Source: Candidatus Gorgyraea atricola (GTDB taxonomy: Bacteria > Omnitrophota > Gorgyraeia > Gorgyraeales > Gorgyraeaceae). Taken from it: a stretch of 64,000 bases of DNA. A program made the translations under genes and the position numbers. The first letter of the stretch is position 1, and every line of letters starts with the position of its first letter. The stretch is from positions 140,939-204,938 of the forward strand of contig JAVCCW010000029.1 in the NCBI GenBank assembly GCA_030765235.1, given 5' to 3'. Shown here piece by piece: positions 28,236 to 37,549 of this stretch. The notes under the pieces were generated by a model that saw only the letters and a list, made by a program, of their open reading frames with translations, made no database searches and was not told where the DNA came from.

Positions 28236-28975
28236 ATTGCTTTGTCTCCGCGTGCCAGCGTTATGATCTCCACCTGACGCGAGCCTGCTTCTTTAAGGAT
28301 CCTTGCGCATTCATTTACAGTGCTGCCTGTTGTAAAGAGGTCATCTACGAGCAGCATATTCTTATCTTTGATGTGAGTGATTTTATTTTTCTGCAGTGAG
28401 AAACTCTTTTTTATATTTTTTATTCTCTCGTTCCTGGGGAGACTGCTCTGGGGCGGGGTATTTATAGTTTTTTTAAGGACCCCATCAGAATATTGCACAT
28501 GCATGATCTTTGCTATATTTTCCGCCAGTACGCGAGAAGGATTTATTTCTCTCTTGAAGAGTCTGGAGCGATGCATGGGCACAGAGAGCACCAGATCAAG
28601 ATCTTTGGCCATACCATGTTCTTTCATAAAGTCTATTGTCGATCTAGTGAATTCCTTTACAGGGGAGGTGATTTTTTTATATTTAAAATCATGCACCAGT
28701 TTTTTGATCGCTCCGTCGTAATGGAATACCGAGAGGGCCTTGTCAAAATACAAGGTATCTTCCTTGCAGTCATTGCATAGCTCTTTCATCTCTGGTCCGC
28801 CTGAGAGCTTTTTGCCGCATTTTACGCAGAAAGGAGGCAGTCTTTTTTTTATCTTTTTCATGCAGCTAGCGCATATATTCTCATCAGGAGGCCTGGTCTT
28901 TTCACCGCACACCTGACAAGACGAAGGAAAGAAAAGATTTATAATACTAGAAATCATATAGCATAAATATAGCAT
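28232..28975 (-). CDS. comFC: ComF-family protein (phosphoribosyltransferase domain with N-terminal zinc ribbons)
   Basis: CxxC pairs at the N-terminus (CQVCGEK...CASCMKK...CVKCGKK) and the PRTase motif LLVDDLFTTGSTVNE at the C-terminus. Confidence 0.8.
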   Translation of the reverse strand: MLYLCYMISSIINLFFPSSCQVCGEKTRPPDENICASCMKKIKKRLPPFCVKCGKKLSGGPEMKELCNDCKEDTLYFDKALSVFHYDGAIKKLVHDFKYKKITSPVKEFTRSTIDFMKEHGMAKDLDLVLSVPMHRSRLFKREINPSRVLAENIAKIMHVQYSDGVLKKTINTPPQSSLPRNERIKNIKKSFSLQKNKITHIKDKNMLLVDDLFTTGSTVNECARILKEAGSRQVEIITLARGDKAI

Positions 28976-29038
28976 ACAAGGGAATTAAAGTCAAAATGTC
29001 TTAACAAATCCTTACTTTTGTGCTATATTGATTTGGGT

Positions 29039-29761
29039 ATGGATGATAATACAGAGAGAAAGATAAAGGATCTGGAGGAGTGGAATAAGGAGCGTGGCAG
29101 GATAAAGCCTGTTATTGACAGAGCTGTGGATTGTCATAATAAGGCCAGGGTCGAGGCGCGCTGGAAGAATTATGAGACAGCCACAGGCCTATACAAGGAA
29201 GCTATCAAACATTACAAGGATGCGATAACCCTTAATCCGAAATATTACCTTCAGGATCTTATGGACAGGGTTGATCATGTTATAGAGGAGTACATGAATA
29301 ATGCCTTTAGGTTGAAGACAGTAAGGGATAAATTAAAGAGCGAAAGAGGCATAAAGGAATTCGTGAGTTTTATTGACAGCTTAAAAGAGAGGGAACGCGG
29401 GTATATAAATACATATGATCTGGCTGATGCGTATTTGCGCATAGCTAATCTATATTATGATGAAGAGAAGTTTGAAAAGGCATACGAGTTTTTTAATAAA
29501 GTAATCGATGCAAATTGCGAACGATCTTTTATAAATCGGGAAAGCTATTTTAAAATAGGAAAGATCTATTTCGAGGATGATAAGTTTAAGGAAGCGCTTA
29601 TGAGTTTTGTTTCAGTTTTATCTTTTGATAGGGAGAACGGAGAGGTCATAGATTATGTAGACAGATGCCTCAAAGAGTTAAAGATATCAACGGAATACAA
29701 GGAGAAATTTCTTGCGGCAACGCTTAATGAGGCAAAGAAGCTTATTATGGAGGTATTATGA
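29039..29761 (+). CDS. Tetratricopeptide-repeat protein
   Basis: Several TPR-like helix pairs (A.GLYKEAIKHYKDAITLNPKYY, AYEFFNKVIDAN). Start taken at the internal ATG at 29039. Confidence 0.55.
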   Translation: MDDNTERKIKDLEEWNKERGRIKPVIDRAVDCHNKARVEARWKNYETATGLYKEAIKHYKDAITLNPKYYLQDLMDRVDHVIEEYMNNAFRLKTVRDKLKSERGIKEFVSFIDSLKERERGYINTYDLADAYLRIANLYYDEEKFEKAYEFFNKVIDANCERSFINRESYFKIGKIYFEDDKFKEALMSFVSVLSFDRENGEVIDYVDRCLKELKISTEYKEKFLAATLNEAKKLIMEVL

Positions 29762-30132
29762 TAGAGAGGAGACGGTATCCCAGGTTTGCATTAAAGATAA
29801 ATGCCAAGTACAGGATGATGGACTCCGAGCAAGTTCTAAGATTCGTCAATGTGAAAAATATCTCTGCGGAAGGTATGTGCTTTGAGTCAGATAAGAAATT
29901 AAAACCAGGCACTCATGTAGGATTAGAGGTAGATCTGGGTGACAGAGGTAAGCCTGTCTCTCTTACTGGAGAGATACTCTGGGTTATGGATATCAAAGGG
30001 CTCAGGGGCGGAGAGAAGAAATTTATGAATGGAATAAAATTAGTTGATATCTCCAGTTCAGACGAGGGCAGATTTTTGAAATATTATTGCGGCAGGATGG
30101 TTGAAAAGCTTTCAGGGTATTTAAAGATGTGA
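29758..30132 (+). CDS. PilZ-domain protein (c-di-GMP receptor)
   Basis: RRRYPR and N.S.EG (NISAEGMCF) are the two PilZ c-di-GMP-binding motifs. Confidence 0.75.
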   Translation: MIERRRYPRFALKINAKYRMMDSEQVLRFVNVKNISAEGMCFESDKKLKPGTHVGLEVDLGDRGKPVSLTGEILWVMDIKGLRGGEKKFMNGIKLVDISSSDEGRFLKYYCGRMVEKLSGYLKM

Positions 30133-30782
30133 CTATGAAGAAAAAGAGCAAATTAAACCATATTGTGTCAGAGTTATTAGAACATCTGCCGTATTCTGTC
30201 TTTGGTGTTACTGTAGGGATAATTATCCTGGGGCTTCTGACATTTGTCGCGATAAGTTTAAATACGAAACACCTGCTGCCAAATGCGGCAGAAGAACTTT
30301 TTCATGTATTTCACCCGATTCACATCCTTTTAAGCGCTATTGTAACAACAGCAATGTTTTGGAAGCATGAGAGGCGTTTTTTAAAGGCGTTTCTGGTAGG
30401 CCTTATTGGTTCTATTGTCATCTGTGGTGTCAGCGATATATTGCTTCCGTATCTTGGCGGTAAGCTGTTTGGCCGCCAGATGTTTCTGCACCTTTGCATT
30501 TTAGAACACCCGGGCATTATCATCCCTTTTGCTTTTATAGGGGTACTCTTTGGTTTTCTCGTGCCTTCCACGATCGAGAAGAGCACAGAGTTTTCCCACT
30601 CGATGCACGTCCTTGTAAGCAGCATGGCATCTATCCTTTATCTCATTTCATTCGGCATTACAGACTGGATCCATATGATAGGCGGGATCTTTTTAATAAC
30701 CATAGTCGCTGTAATGCTGCCCTGTTGTCTAAGTGATATTGTATTCCCATTGAGCTTCGTAGACACTAAAGGAGGCAATTAA
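30129..30782 (+). CDS. Integral membrane protein, function unknown
   Basis: Five to six predicted TM helices and no recognised motif. Confidence 0.45.
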   Translation: MTMKKKSKLNHIVSELLEHLPYSVFGVTVGIIILGLLTFVAISLNTKHLLPNAAEELFHVFHPIHILLSAIVTTAMFWKHERRFLKAFLVGLIGSIVICGVSDILLPYLGGKLFGRQMFLHLCILEHPGIIIPFAFIGVLFGFLVPSTIEKSTEFSHSMHVLVSSMASILYLISFGITDWIHMIGGIFLITIVAVMLPCCLSDIVFPLSFVDTKGGN

Positions 30783-32251
30783 TGCAACAGTCGACTCACC
30801 ATGTGACGGCCCGCGAAGATCGCATTTCTATTTTTCAAAAAGTCATATACAGTATAGGAGGCCTCGTTAATAATATTCAGGCCGCCGCCCTTGGATCCAT
30901 GGTCATTGTTTTGAACCTCGGATTAGGCTTGAATCCCGCTTTAGTCGGTCTTATCGGGGCCATTCCCCGTCTTGTCGATGCCATATCAGATCCTCTTATT
31001 GGTTACAGTTCAGATAATACCAGAACCCGCTATGGACGCCGCAGGCCTTTTATATTCTTTGGGGCTCTTTCTGCGGGACTTTTATTCGCAGCGATGTTCC
31101 AGCTATATAAGGGACATAGCGACAATTTCTATTTCTGGTATTTCTTAGGGTTCCAGATCCTGTTTTTCATCGGATTTACCTGTTATTCGATTCCCTGGAT
31201 CGCGCTAGGGTATGAAATGACACCCGATTATCATGAGCGGACACGACTGCAGGGGGCCAGCAACTTTATCGCTCAATTTGCCTGGGTGATCGCTCCCTGG
31301 TTTTTCAAGATCATGAGCAACAAGAATATGTTTACAGATATTGTCCATGGAGCACGGACCCTCGGATTTATCATCGGTGGTTTTATCATAGTTGGTGGCA
31401 TACTTCCGGCTATTTTCAACAAAGAGCGATTCGGCAACTTAGCGAAACCTGAAAAAGGCAAGGGTCTTCTGAATAAACTGAAAGATTTCTTCAAAGGTTT
31501 CGCGATTACTTTGAAATGTCGTCCATTTGTCAAACTTTGCGCAGCGACATTCTTGATCTTCAACGGATTCATGCTCGCTTCCGCCTTCTCAGCCTATGTT
31601 ATTTTCTTCTACGTTTATGGCGGCGATTATTCAAAAGGCGGGACATTGCTCGGTTGGTTTGGATCGATCAGTTCCGTTTGTACTTTTTGCGTCATCTTCT
31701 TGACCACATGGATCTCCACAAAGATCGGAAAGCGAAAGACCTTTTTAATCACCATTTCCCTTTCGATCATCGGTTACGCTTTGAAATGGATAGGGTATAA
31801 TCCAGATCAGCCATATTTACTGCTGATCGCTGCTCCATTCATAGCGTTTGGCCTGGGATCTCTCTTCACGCTGACCGGTTCCATGGTAGCTGATGTTTGT
31901 GACCTTGACGAACTCCAGACCGGCACACGCAGAGAAGGTATGTTTAGCGCTATTTACTGGTGGATGGTAAAACTAGGATTAGCAGTTGCATCGCTTCTTT
32001 CCGGAATCCTCCTCAACGCGACTGGTTTCGATGTTGCGTTAGGCGCTAACCAAACAGTCAAAACTTTATTGTGGATGAGGATCTGTGATATCGGCATTCC
32101 GATTATAGCCTCTATTGCTGCTATTTTTATTATTATGACCTTTAAGATCTCAGAAGCTAAGGCATATGACATTCGTGAACAGGTCGAAAGACGAAGAAAA
32201 GAAAGACGAGGAGAACAAAGACGAGGAGAAGAAAGACGAAGAGAAGCGTAA
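30782..32251 (+). CDS. MFS transporter, glycoside-pentoside-hexuronide (GPH):cation symporter family
   Basis: The GPH signature D.ISDPLIGY.SDNTRTRYGRRRPF and 12 TM helices. An unusual C-terminal Arg/Glu-rich tail (ERRRKERRGEQRRGEERRREA) is encoded by tandem DNA repeats. Confidence 0.8.
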   Translation: MQQSTHHVTAREDRISIFQKVIYSIGGLVNNIQAAALGSMVIVLNLGLGLNPALVGLIGAIPRLVDAISDPLIGYSSDNTRTRYGRRRPFIFFGALSAGLLFAAMFQLYKGHSDNFYFWYFLGFQILFFIGFTCYSIPWIALGYEMTPDYHERTRLQGASNFIAQFAWVIAPWFFKIMSNKNMFTDIVHGARTLGFIIGGFIIVGGILPAIFNKERFGNLAKPEKGKGLLNKLKDFFKGFAITLKCRPFVKLCAATFLIFNGFMLASAFSAYVIFFYVYGGDYSKGGTLLGWFGSISSVCTFCVIFLTTWISTKIGKRKTFLITISLSIIGYALKWIGYNPDQPYLLLIAAPFIAFGLGSLFTLTGSMVADVCDLDELQTGTRREGMFSAIYWWMVKLGLAVASLLSGILLNATGFDVALGANQTVKTLLWMRICDIGIPIIASIAAIFIIMTFKISEAKAYDIREQVERRRKERRGEQRRGEERRREA

Positions 32252-32405
32252 TATAGACAGCTTGTGCCGTTTAAAACCTCGTACCAAGGGACAAGTGACA
32301 AGCAACAAGGGACAAGGAGTATCTAAGCCCCCTTGTCTCTTGTCCCCTGTCCCTTGTCACTAAAGTATCAACATCGTATAGCCATATCCTGCTATAATAT
32401 TCCAT

Positions 32406-32522
32406 TATGACCAAGAAAAGAATCTGCATCCGCACTTTTGGCTGTCACTTCGACTCGCTTCTCGCACTTTGTGCTCGGCGCTCGCTCAGGATTAACCAAA
32501 AGCTTCGAAGAAAGGAATAAGC
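32406..32522 (+). pseudogene. Duplicated 5' fragment of the downstream methylthiotransferase gene
   Basis: Translates to MTKKRICIRTFGCHFDSLLALCARRS...stop, which parallels MNKKFYLRTFGCQMNEHDSGRV at the start of the 32527 gene. Confidence 0.5.
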
Positions 32523-32526
32523 CTTT

Positions 32527-33687
32527 ATGAATAAAAAATTCTATCTTCGAACTTTTGGTTGTCAGATGAATGAGCATGATTCTGGGAGGGTAAGGGATTT
32601 GCTTTTGCAGGAGGGGTATTTTCTTAGCAAAGATCTGGAAGAGGCAGATGTCTTACTTTTCAATACATGCAGTGTTCGTAAGCATGCTGAGGATAGGGTG
32701 TTTGGGAGAGTGGGTTCTCTTGAAAAGCGGCCTGGTGTGGTTTTTGGAATCATAGGCTGCATGGCAGAGGCGCAAAAGGATTTGATATTTAGAAAACTTC
32801 CGCATGTGGATTTTATATGCGGGCCAGCTGATTTAGATAGGATCCCAGGGATTATAAAGAGGGTAAGATCTGGTGCTGGACATATTATTTGTATCGGAGG
32901 CCATAGCGCTAAAAAGATCCCGGATTTTCCTAAGGAAAGAGGCGTGGGTAAAAATGCGCATGTTAAGATAATGGAAGGTTGCGCTAATTTTTGCTCATAC
33001 TGTATTGTCCCTTATGTAAGAGGCCCTGAGAGAAGCAGGCCTTCAGTGGAAATTTTAGAAGAGATAGAGGGGCTTGCAGGTAAAGGTGTTGAGAAGATCA
33101 CTCTCCTGGGGCAAAATGTCAATTCTTACGGAAGAGGGTTAAAGGAGAAGATTAGTTTTTCAGGACTTTTGAGAAAGATAGACGAGCTTGCTAACAGGAA
33201 TAGTAGGCCAGGTTTAAACCCGGCCTACAGTTGCAAGTCAAAGAGCAGCATAAGGATAGATTTTATGACTTCTCATCCTAAAGACGCGGGAATAGATCTA
33301 TTTAAGGCAATGGCAGAGACTGAGTCTCTTTCAAAACAGCTGCACCTGCCTTTACAGTCTGGGTCGAACAAGATCCTGAAGAGAATGAACAGGGGTTACA
33401 CTGTTGAGCGATACAAGAAGCTCATAAAGGATTTTAGACGAATAGTTAAAGATGGAAAGATTGCCTCGGATTTCATAGTAGGTTTTCCAGGAGAGACAAG
33501 AAAGGATTTTAATGATACGCTAAAGGCAATCAAAGAGATCCGCTTCTGCAATGCTTATATATTTAAATATTCGCCAAGGCCTTTTACAAAGGCCGGAAAG
33601 TTCAAGGATAATGTCTTAAAAGAGGAAAAAGAAAGACGTCACGCCTTGCTTTTGGAGACACAAAAGAAGATTTCATTATGCAGGTAA
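32527..33687 (+). CDS. miaB: MiaB-like tRNA methylthiotransferase (MTTase N-domain plus radical SAM), apparently lacking the C-terminal TRAM domain
   Basis: FYLRTFGCQMNEHDS (UPF0004) and CANFCSYCIVPYVRG (radical SAM). It ends about 60 aa short of the usual length and overlaps miaA. It carries an in-frame family-D palindrome (RPGLNPAY). Confidence 0.75.
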   Translation: MNKKFYLRTFGCQMNEHDSGRVRDLLLQEGYFLSKDLEEADVLLFNTCSVRKHAEDRVFGRVGSLEKRPGVVFGIIGCMAEAQKDLIFRKLPHVDFICGPADLDRIPGIIKRVRSGAGHIICIGGHSAKKIPDFPKERGVGKNAHVKIMEGCANFCSYCIVPYVRGPERSRPSVEILEEIEGLAGKGVEKITLLGQNVNSYGRGLKEKISFSGLLRKIDELANRNSRPGLNPAYSCKSKSSIRIDFMTSHPKDAGIDLFKAMAETESLSKQLHLPLQSGSNKILKRMNRGYTVERYKKLIKDFRRIVKDGKIASDFIVGFPGETRKDFNDTLKAIKEIRFCNAYIFKYSPRPFTKAGKFKDNVLKEEKERRHALLLETQKKISLCR

Positions 33688-34532
33688 TATTTTTAGTAGG
33701 ACCTACCGCATCAGGTAAGACCAAGGTTTCCCTTAAATTAGCCAAAAAGCTCAACGCAGAGATAGTGTCCTGTGATTCCATGTGCGTATATAAAGGTATG
33801 GATATTCTTACTTCTAAGCCGAGTAAGAGCGACAGGCGAAAGGTAAAACATCATCTAATAGATATCATCCCTCCTACTAAAGAATTTAGCGTGTCTGAAT
33901 ATAGAAGATTGGCGATTGCTGCAATAGAAGATATATTTAAGCGCGGCAAGACTCCATTGTTTGTAGGAGGCAGTGGTTTATATGTTAAGGCTATGGTCGA
34001 CGGGTTATTTACTTCAGCAGGAAAGGACGAGAAATTTAGAAAGGCTCAGTATGTCCTGGCAGGGAAATATGGCAATAAGTATCTTTACAATAAGCTAAAA
34101 AAGGTAGATTCAGAGAGGGCTAAGAAGATACACCTGAATGACCTGAGAAGGATAGTAAGGGCGCTGGAGATCTATCGCACTGAGAAGAGGCGGCCATCTG
34201 AATTATTGAAGAAGAGAGAAGCGCTGGGTTATTCTTTTAAGATCTTTGGTATAGACAGGCCCCGTGAAGAACTCTATAAAAATATAGACGAACGGGTAGA
34301 AGATATGTTCAGGCAGGGCATAGTAAAAGAGGTAAGAAATCTATCTCGCAGGAAATTGAGCCTTACGGCAAAAAAGGCTTTAGGGTATAATGAGGTAATG
34401 GGGTATATTAAAGGAGATCTTTCACTTGGCCAAGCAAAGGAGCTTTTAAAGAAGAACACAAGGCATTTTGCCAAGCGCCAACTAACCTGGTTCCGTCCAG
34501 ACAAGCGCATCCAATGGAAAAGGCTATACTAG
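33678..34532 (+). CDS. miaA: tRNA dimethylallyltransferase
   Basis: VGPTASGKT P-loop and DSMCVYKGMDILTSKP. Confidence 0.9.
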   Translation: MQVIFLVGPTASGKTKVSLKLAKKLNAEIVSCDSMCVYKGMDILTSKPSKSDRRKVKHHLIDIIPPTKEFSVSEYRRLAIAAIEDIFKRGKTPLFVGGSGLYVKAMVDGLFTSAGKDEKFRKAQYVLAGKYGNKYLYNKLKKVDSERAKKIHLNDLRRIVRALEIYRTEKRRPSELLKKREALGYSFKIFGIDRPREELYKNIDERVEDMFRQGIVKEVRNLSRRKLSLTAKKALGYNEVMGYIKGDLSLGQAKELLKKNTRHFAKRQLTWFRPDKRIQWKRLY

Positions 34533-35749
34533 TAACAGTTGATTTGAAGAAAGAAAAAGGGTGGTCGGCAGAGGATCGCGCTAACGAGCTCAAAGAGCTT
34601 GCGTGTTCGAGTGGCGCGTCTATAGAGGCAGAGATCGTATGTCATAGAGAGAGGCCCACGCCTGATCTATTTATTGGCAAAGGTAAGTTCGAAGAAATAG
34701 CTTTGCTTTCAAAGAAGAAGAGCGCGAAATCAGTTATTTTTAATAATGACCTTACGCCTACGCAGCTCAGGAATTTAGAAAAAGGGCTTGATGGCATCAA
34801 AGTCATTGACAGGACCCAGCTCATACTTGACATATTTTCCCAGCATGCAAGGAGCATGGAGGGCAAGGTCCAGGTAGAGCTGGCACAGTTACAATATTTA
34901 TTGCCAAGGCTTACTGGCAAGGGCATTGAGCTTTCAAGGCTTGGCGGTGGTATTGGTACGCGCGGCCCAGGAGAAAAAATACTTGAGCATGACAGGCGAA
35001 GGATCGGGGATCGCATTGCAAGGCTAAAGAAAGAATTAAAGGACTTAGAGAAAAGGCGTCATGCCTTACGGAAAAGGCGCAAGGACGCTATGCTTGCCAC
35101 TGTTTCAATCGTGGGCTATACCAACGCAGGCAAGACCACTCTTTTAAACCACCTCACCAACTCCAGAAAATTAACTGCTGACAAACTTTTTAGCACACTT
35201 GATCCTATAGCAAGGAGTTATGTGCTTCCGAATAACCTGAAGATCCTGTTTAGTGATACAGTAGGGTTTTTGTATAAACTTCCGCATCATCTTATAGAGT
35301 CGTTCAAGGCTACGCTGGAAGAGGTCAAGGAGGCAGATCTACTGATACACGTGCTTGACTGTTCGAATCCTCGCGTTCAAGAGCTGAATGAGGCAGTGTA
35401 TAGTGTATTAAAGGAGTTAGGAGCAGAAGGCAAGACTATAATCAATGTGCTCAACAAGGTCGATCTGGTAGAGAATGGGTATCATTTGGACCGCATTAAA
35501 AGTAAATTCAGAGACCCAGTATTAGTTTCTGCATTACGTGGGCATGGCATAGAGGATCTCATAAGCGAAATTTCAAATCTCTTGTCAAACCTTGTCACAA
35601 AGGTAAAAATCGAGATCCCGAACAATAGGATGGACAAGGTGAATTTGATCTACGAACACGGCAAGGTCCATAAAAGAGAGGACAGGCCTACCTCGGTTTA
35701 TATAGAAGCCATAATACCTTTAAGACTAAAGAATCAGCTCAAATTTTAG
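34514..35749 (+). CDS. hflX: GTPase HflX
   Basis: The HflX N-domain (LVTVD..) and the G-domain VSIVGYTNAGKTTLLN, DTVGF, NKVD. Confidence 0.9.
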   Translation: MEKAILVTVDLKKEKGWSAEDRANELKELACSSGASIEAEIVCHRERPTPDLFIGKGKFEEIALLSKKKSAKSVIFNNDLTPTQLRNLEKGLDGIKVIDRTQLILDIFSQHARSMEGKVQVELAQLQYLLPRLTGKGIELSRLGGGIGTRGPGEKILEHDRRRIGDRIARLKKELKDLEKRRHALRKRRKDAMLATVSIVGYTNAGKTTLLNHLTNSRKLTADKLFSTLDPIARSYVLPNNLKILFSDTVGFLYKLPHHLIESFKATLEEVKEADLLIHVLDCSNPRVQELNEAVYSVLKELGAEGKTIINVLNKVDLVENGYHLDRIKSKFRDPVLVSALRGHGIEDLISEISNLLSNLVTKVKIEIPNNRMDKVNLIYEHGKVHKREDRPTSVYIEAIIPLRLKNQLKF

Positions 35750-35785
35750 AATAAGATCCTTCGTCCGCCTGCGGCAGACTCAGGA

Positions 35786-35825
35786 TCAATAAAAATCTGC
35801 TAAAAATTTAGCAGATTTTTATTGA
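35786..35825. terminator. 40-bp perfect palindrome TCAATAAAAATCTGCTAAAAATTTAGCAGATTTTTATTGA (terminator-like, after hflX)
   Basis: Seen directly. AT-rich stem with T-runs on both sides. Confidence 0.55.
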
Positions 35826-35855
35826 CAGGTAGCACTCTGGGTGTTAGAGTGCTAA
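35823..35855 (+). promoter_or_regulatory. Promoter (TTGACA-17-TAGAGT) overlapping the CIRCE operator GTAGCACTC-N9-GAGTGCTAA
   Basis: A near-perfect match to the CIRCE consensus TTAGCACTC-N9-GAGTGCTAA, and hrcA lies downstream. Confidence 0.85.
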
Positions 35856-35923
35856 TCTGCTTCGCCGAGTAGCTTGCGTGCTTGGCTTCGCAGAATTTAA
35901 GGAGAGCAGTTTTCTGTCTCTTG

Positions 35924-35949
35924 GTAGGCCAGGTTTAAACCTGGCCTAC
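35924..35949. repeat. Family-D palindrome GTAGGCCAGGTTTAAACCTGGCCTAC
   Basis: A perfect 26-bp palindrome in the hrcA leader. Confidence 0.9.
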
Positions 35950-36014
35950 TATCGAAGATAGCAACAGTAAGAGCCGTGTTCGTAAGGGCGTAGGAATCTA
36001 CGGGATGCAGTAAT

Positions 36015-37055
36015 ATGAAACATGTGGATATCGAACAAAGACAGAAGAAGGTGCTCTCGGCTATAGTGGAGTCGTACATTGACGGTGCCGCGCCTGTTGG
36101 GTCGCGTGCTGTGTCGCAGAGATTCCGCTGGTCTATGAGCCCCGCGACTATACGCAATGTAATGGCTGATCTGGAAGAGGCAGGCCTTATCACACACCCG
36201 CATACCTCTGCTGGAAGGGTACCTACTGACAAAGGTTATAGATTTTATGTGAATTCTCTCCTGGAGCCAAAACATCTGACAAAGGAAGAAGAATCTATAA
36301 TAGTTAGGATGCTCAATAGAAAGAGCGAGGATTTTGAGTCATTGATGCAAAATGCCTCAAGGGCGATCAGTATGATAACGAATGAGGCAGGCATAGTGCT
36401 CACGCCCAGGCTCAAGAAGAGTATTTTCAAGAGGATCGAATTTATTCCTGTAGATTCCTCGCGAGCCCTGACAATACTTATTACCAGATCCGGCATTGTA
36501 AAGAATGCAGTTCTGGATATGGAAGAAGGCCTTACCAAATCAGAGCTTTTCAGGATATCAGAATTTTTAAATCAGGAATTAGAGGGTATGTTTCTGGGCG
36601 AGATCAGGAATCATCTTACACGCAGGCTGCTTGAGGAAAGAGATTCTTTTTATACATTTTTAAAAAAGGCAGTCAGCATGCTTTCAAATCCAAATTTTTT
36701 CAAGATGGAAGAGCGGCTCTATTTTGAGGGCACGAGCGGCCTCATGTCGCATCCTGAGTTCGAGGACATAAAAAAGGCAAGGGTATTTTTGAAACTCTTT
36801 GAAGATAAAACAGATCTGGTGGATCTATTCAATGAGGATATGGAGAGCGACGGTATCAAGGTGCATATCGGCAAGGAAAATAACTGCAAGCATATACAGG
36901 ATTGCACCATAGTGACCTGTAACTACCAGATAAATGGCAGGACAATAGGCGCACTGGGCGCGATCGGACCTACCAGGATGGAATACGGCAAGGTCATATC
37001 TGCTGTGGATTATCTTTCAAAGGTATTGGGAAGGGTGTTGGAAGATCTTGGCTAA
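36015..37055 (+). CDS. hrcA: Heat-inducible transcription repressor HrcA
   Basis: The N-terminal wHTH (RQKKVLSAIVESYIDGAAPVGSRAVSQ), the CIRCE element upstream, and grpE-dnaK-dnaJ downstream. Confidence 0.9.
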   Translation: MKHVDIEQRQKKVLSAIVESYIDGAAPVGSRAVSQRFRWSMSPATIRNVMADLEEAGLITHPHTSAGRVPTDKGYRFYVNSLLEPKHLTKEEESIIVRMLNRKSEDFESLMQNASRAISMITNEAGIVLTPRLKKSIFKRIEFIPVDSSRALTILITRSGIVKNAVLDMEEGLTKSELFRISEFLNQELEGMFLGEIRNHLTRRLLEERDSFYTFLKKAVSMLSNPNFFKMEERLYFEGTSGLMSHPEFEDIKKARVFLKLFEDKTDLVDLFNEDMESDGIKVHIGKENNCKHIQDCTIVTCNYQINGRTIGALGAIGPTRMEYGKVISAVDYLSKVLGRVLEDLG

Positions 37056-37548
37056 GAATATACTTTTAAATTCTAAGGAATACAAGTCTTTAAAGGAAAA
37101 GGCAGAGAAGGTAGAGGAGTGCCTTGACAGGCTTTTAAGGCTGCAGGCGGATTTTGACAATTATAAAAAGCGACTAGATAAAGACAGGATAGAATTTATC
37201 AAATTCGCTAATGAAGAGATAGTCGTAGACATATTGAAAATAGTGGATGACTTTGAGCGCGCGGTAAAGGCAGGTAAATCCAAACACGACTTTGATGTTC
37301 TATATAAAGGTATTGAGATGATACACAAGGATATGAAGGAATTTTTAAAAAATAACGGTGTAACAGAGATAGACGCAAAAGGTAAACCATTTAATCCTCA
37401 TGAGCATGAGGCAATGATGCAGGAAGAGACAGACGAACATCCTGAGGACCATGTTAGCGAGGAGTTTCAAAAAGGATACATGTTGAATGGCCGGATTATT
37501 CGACCGGCGAAGGTAAAGGTTTCTAAAAAACCAAACAAGGAGGTTTAA
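37048..37548 (+). CDS. grpE: Nucleotide exchange factor GrpE
   Basis: [11 protein letters not shown]....E...F.....I.VDIL.I.DDFERA. Confidence 0.9.
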   Translation: MAKNILLNSKEYKSLKEKAEKVEECLDRLLRLQADFDNYKKRLDKDRIEFIKFANEEIVVDILKIVDDFERAVKAGKSKHDFDVLYKGIEMIHKDMKEFLKNNGVTEIDAKGKPFNPHEHEAMMQEETDEHPEDHVSEEFQKGYMLNGRIIRPAKVKVSKKPNKEV

Positions 37549-37549
37549 A

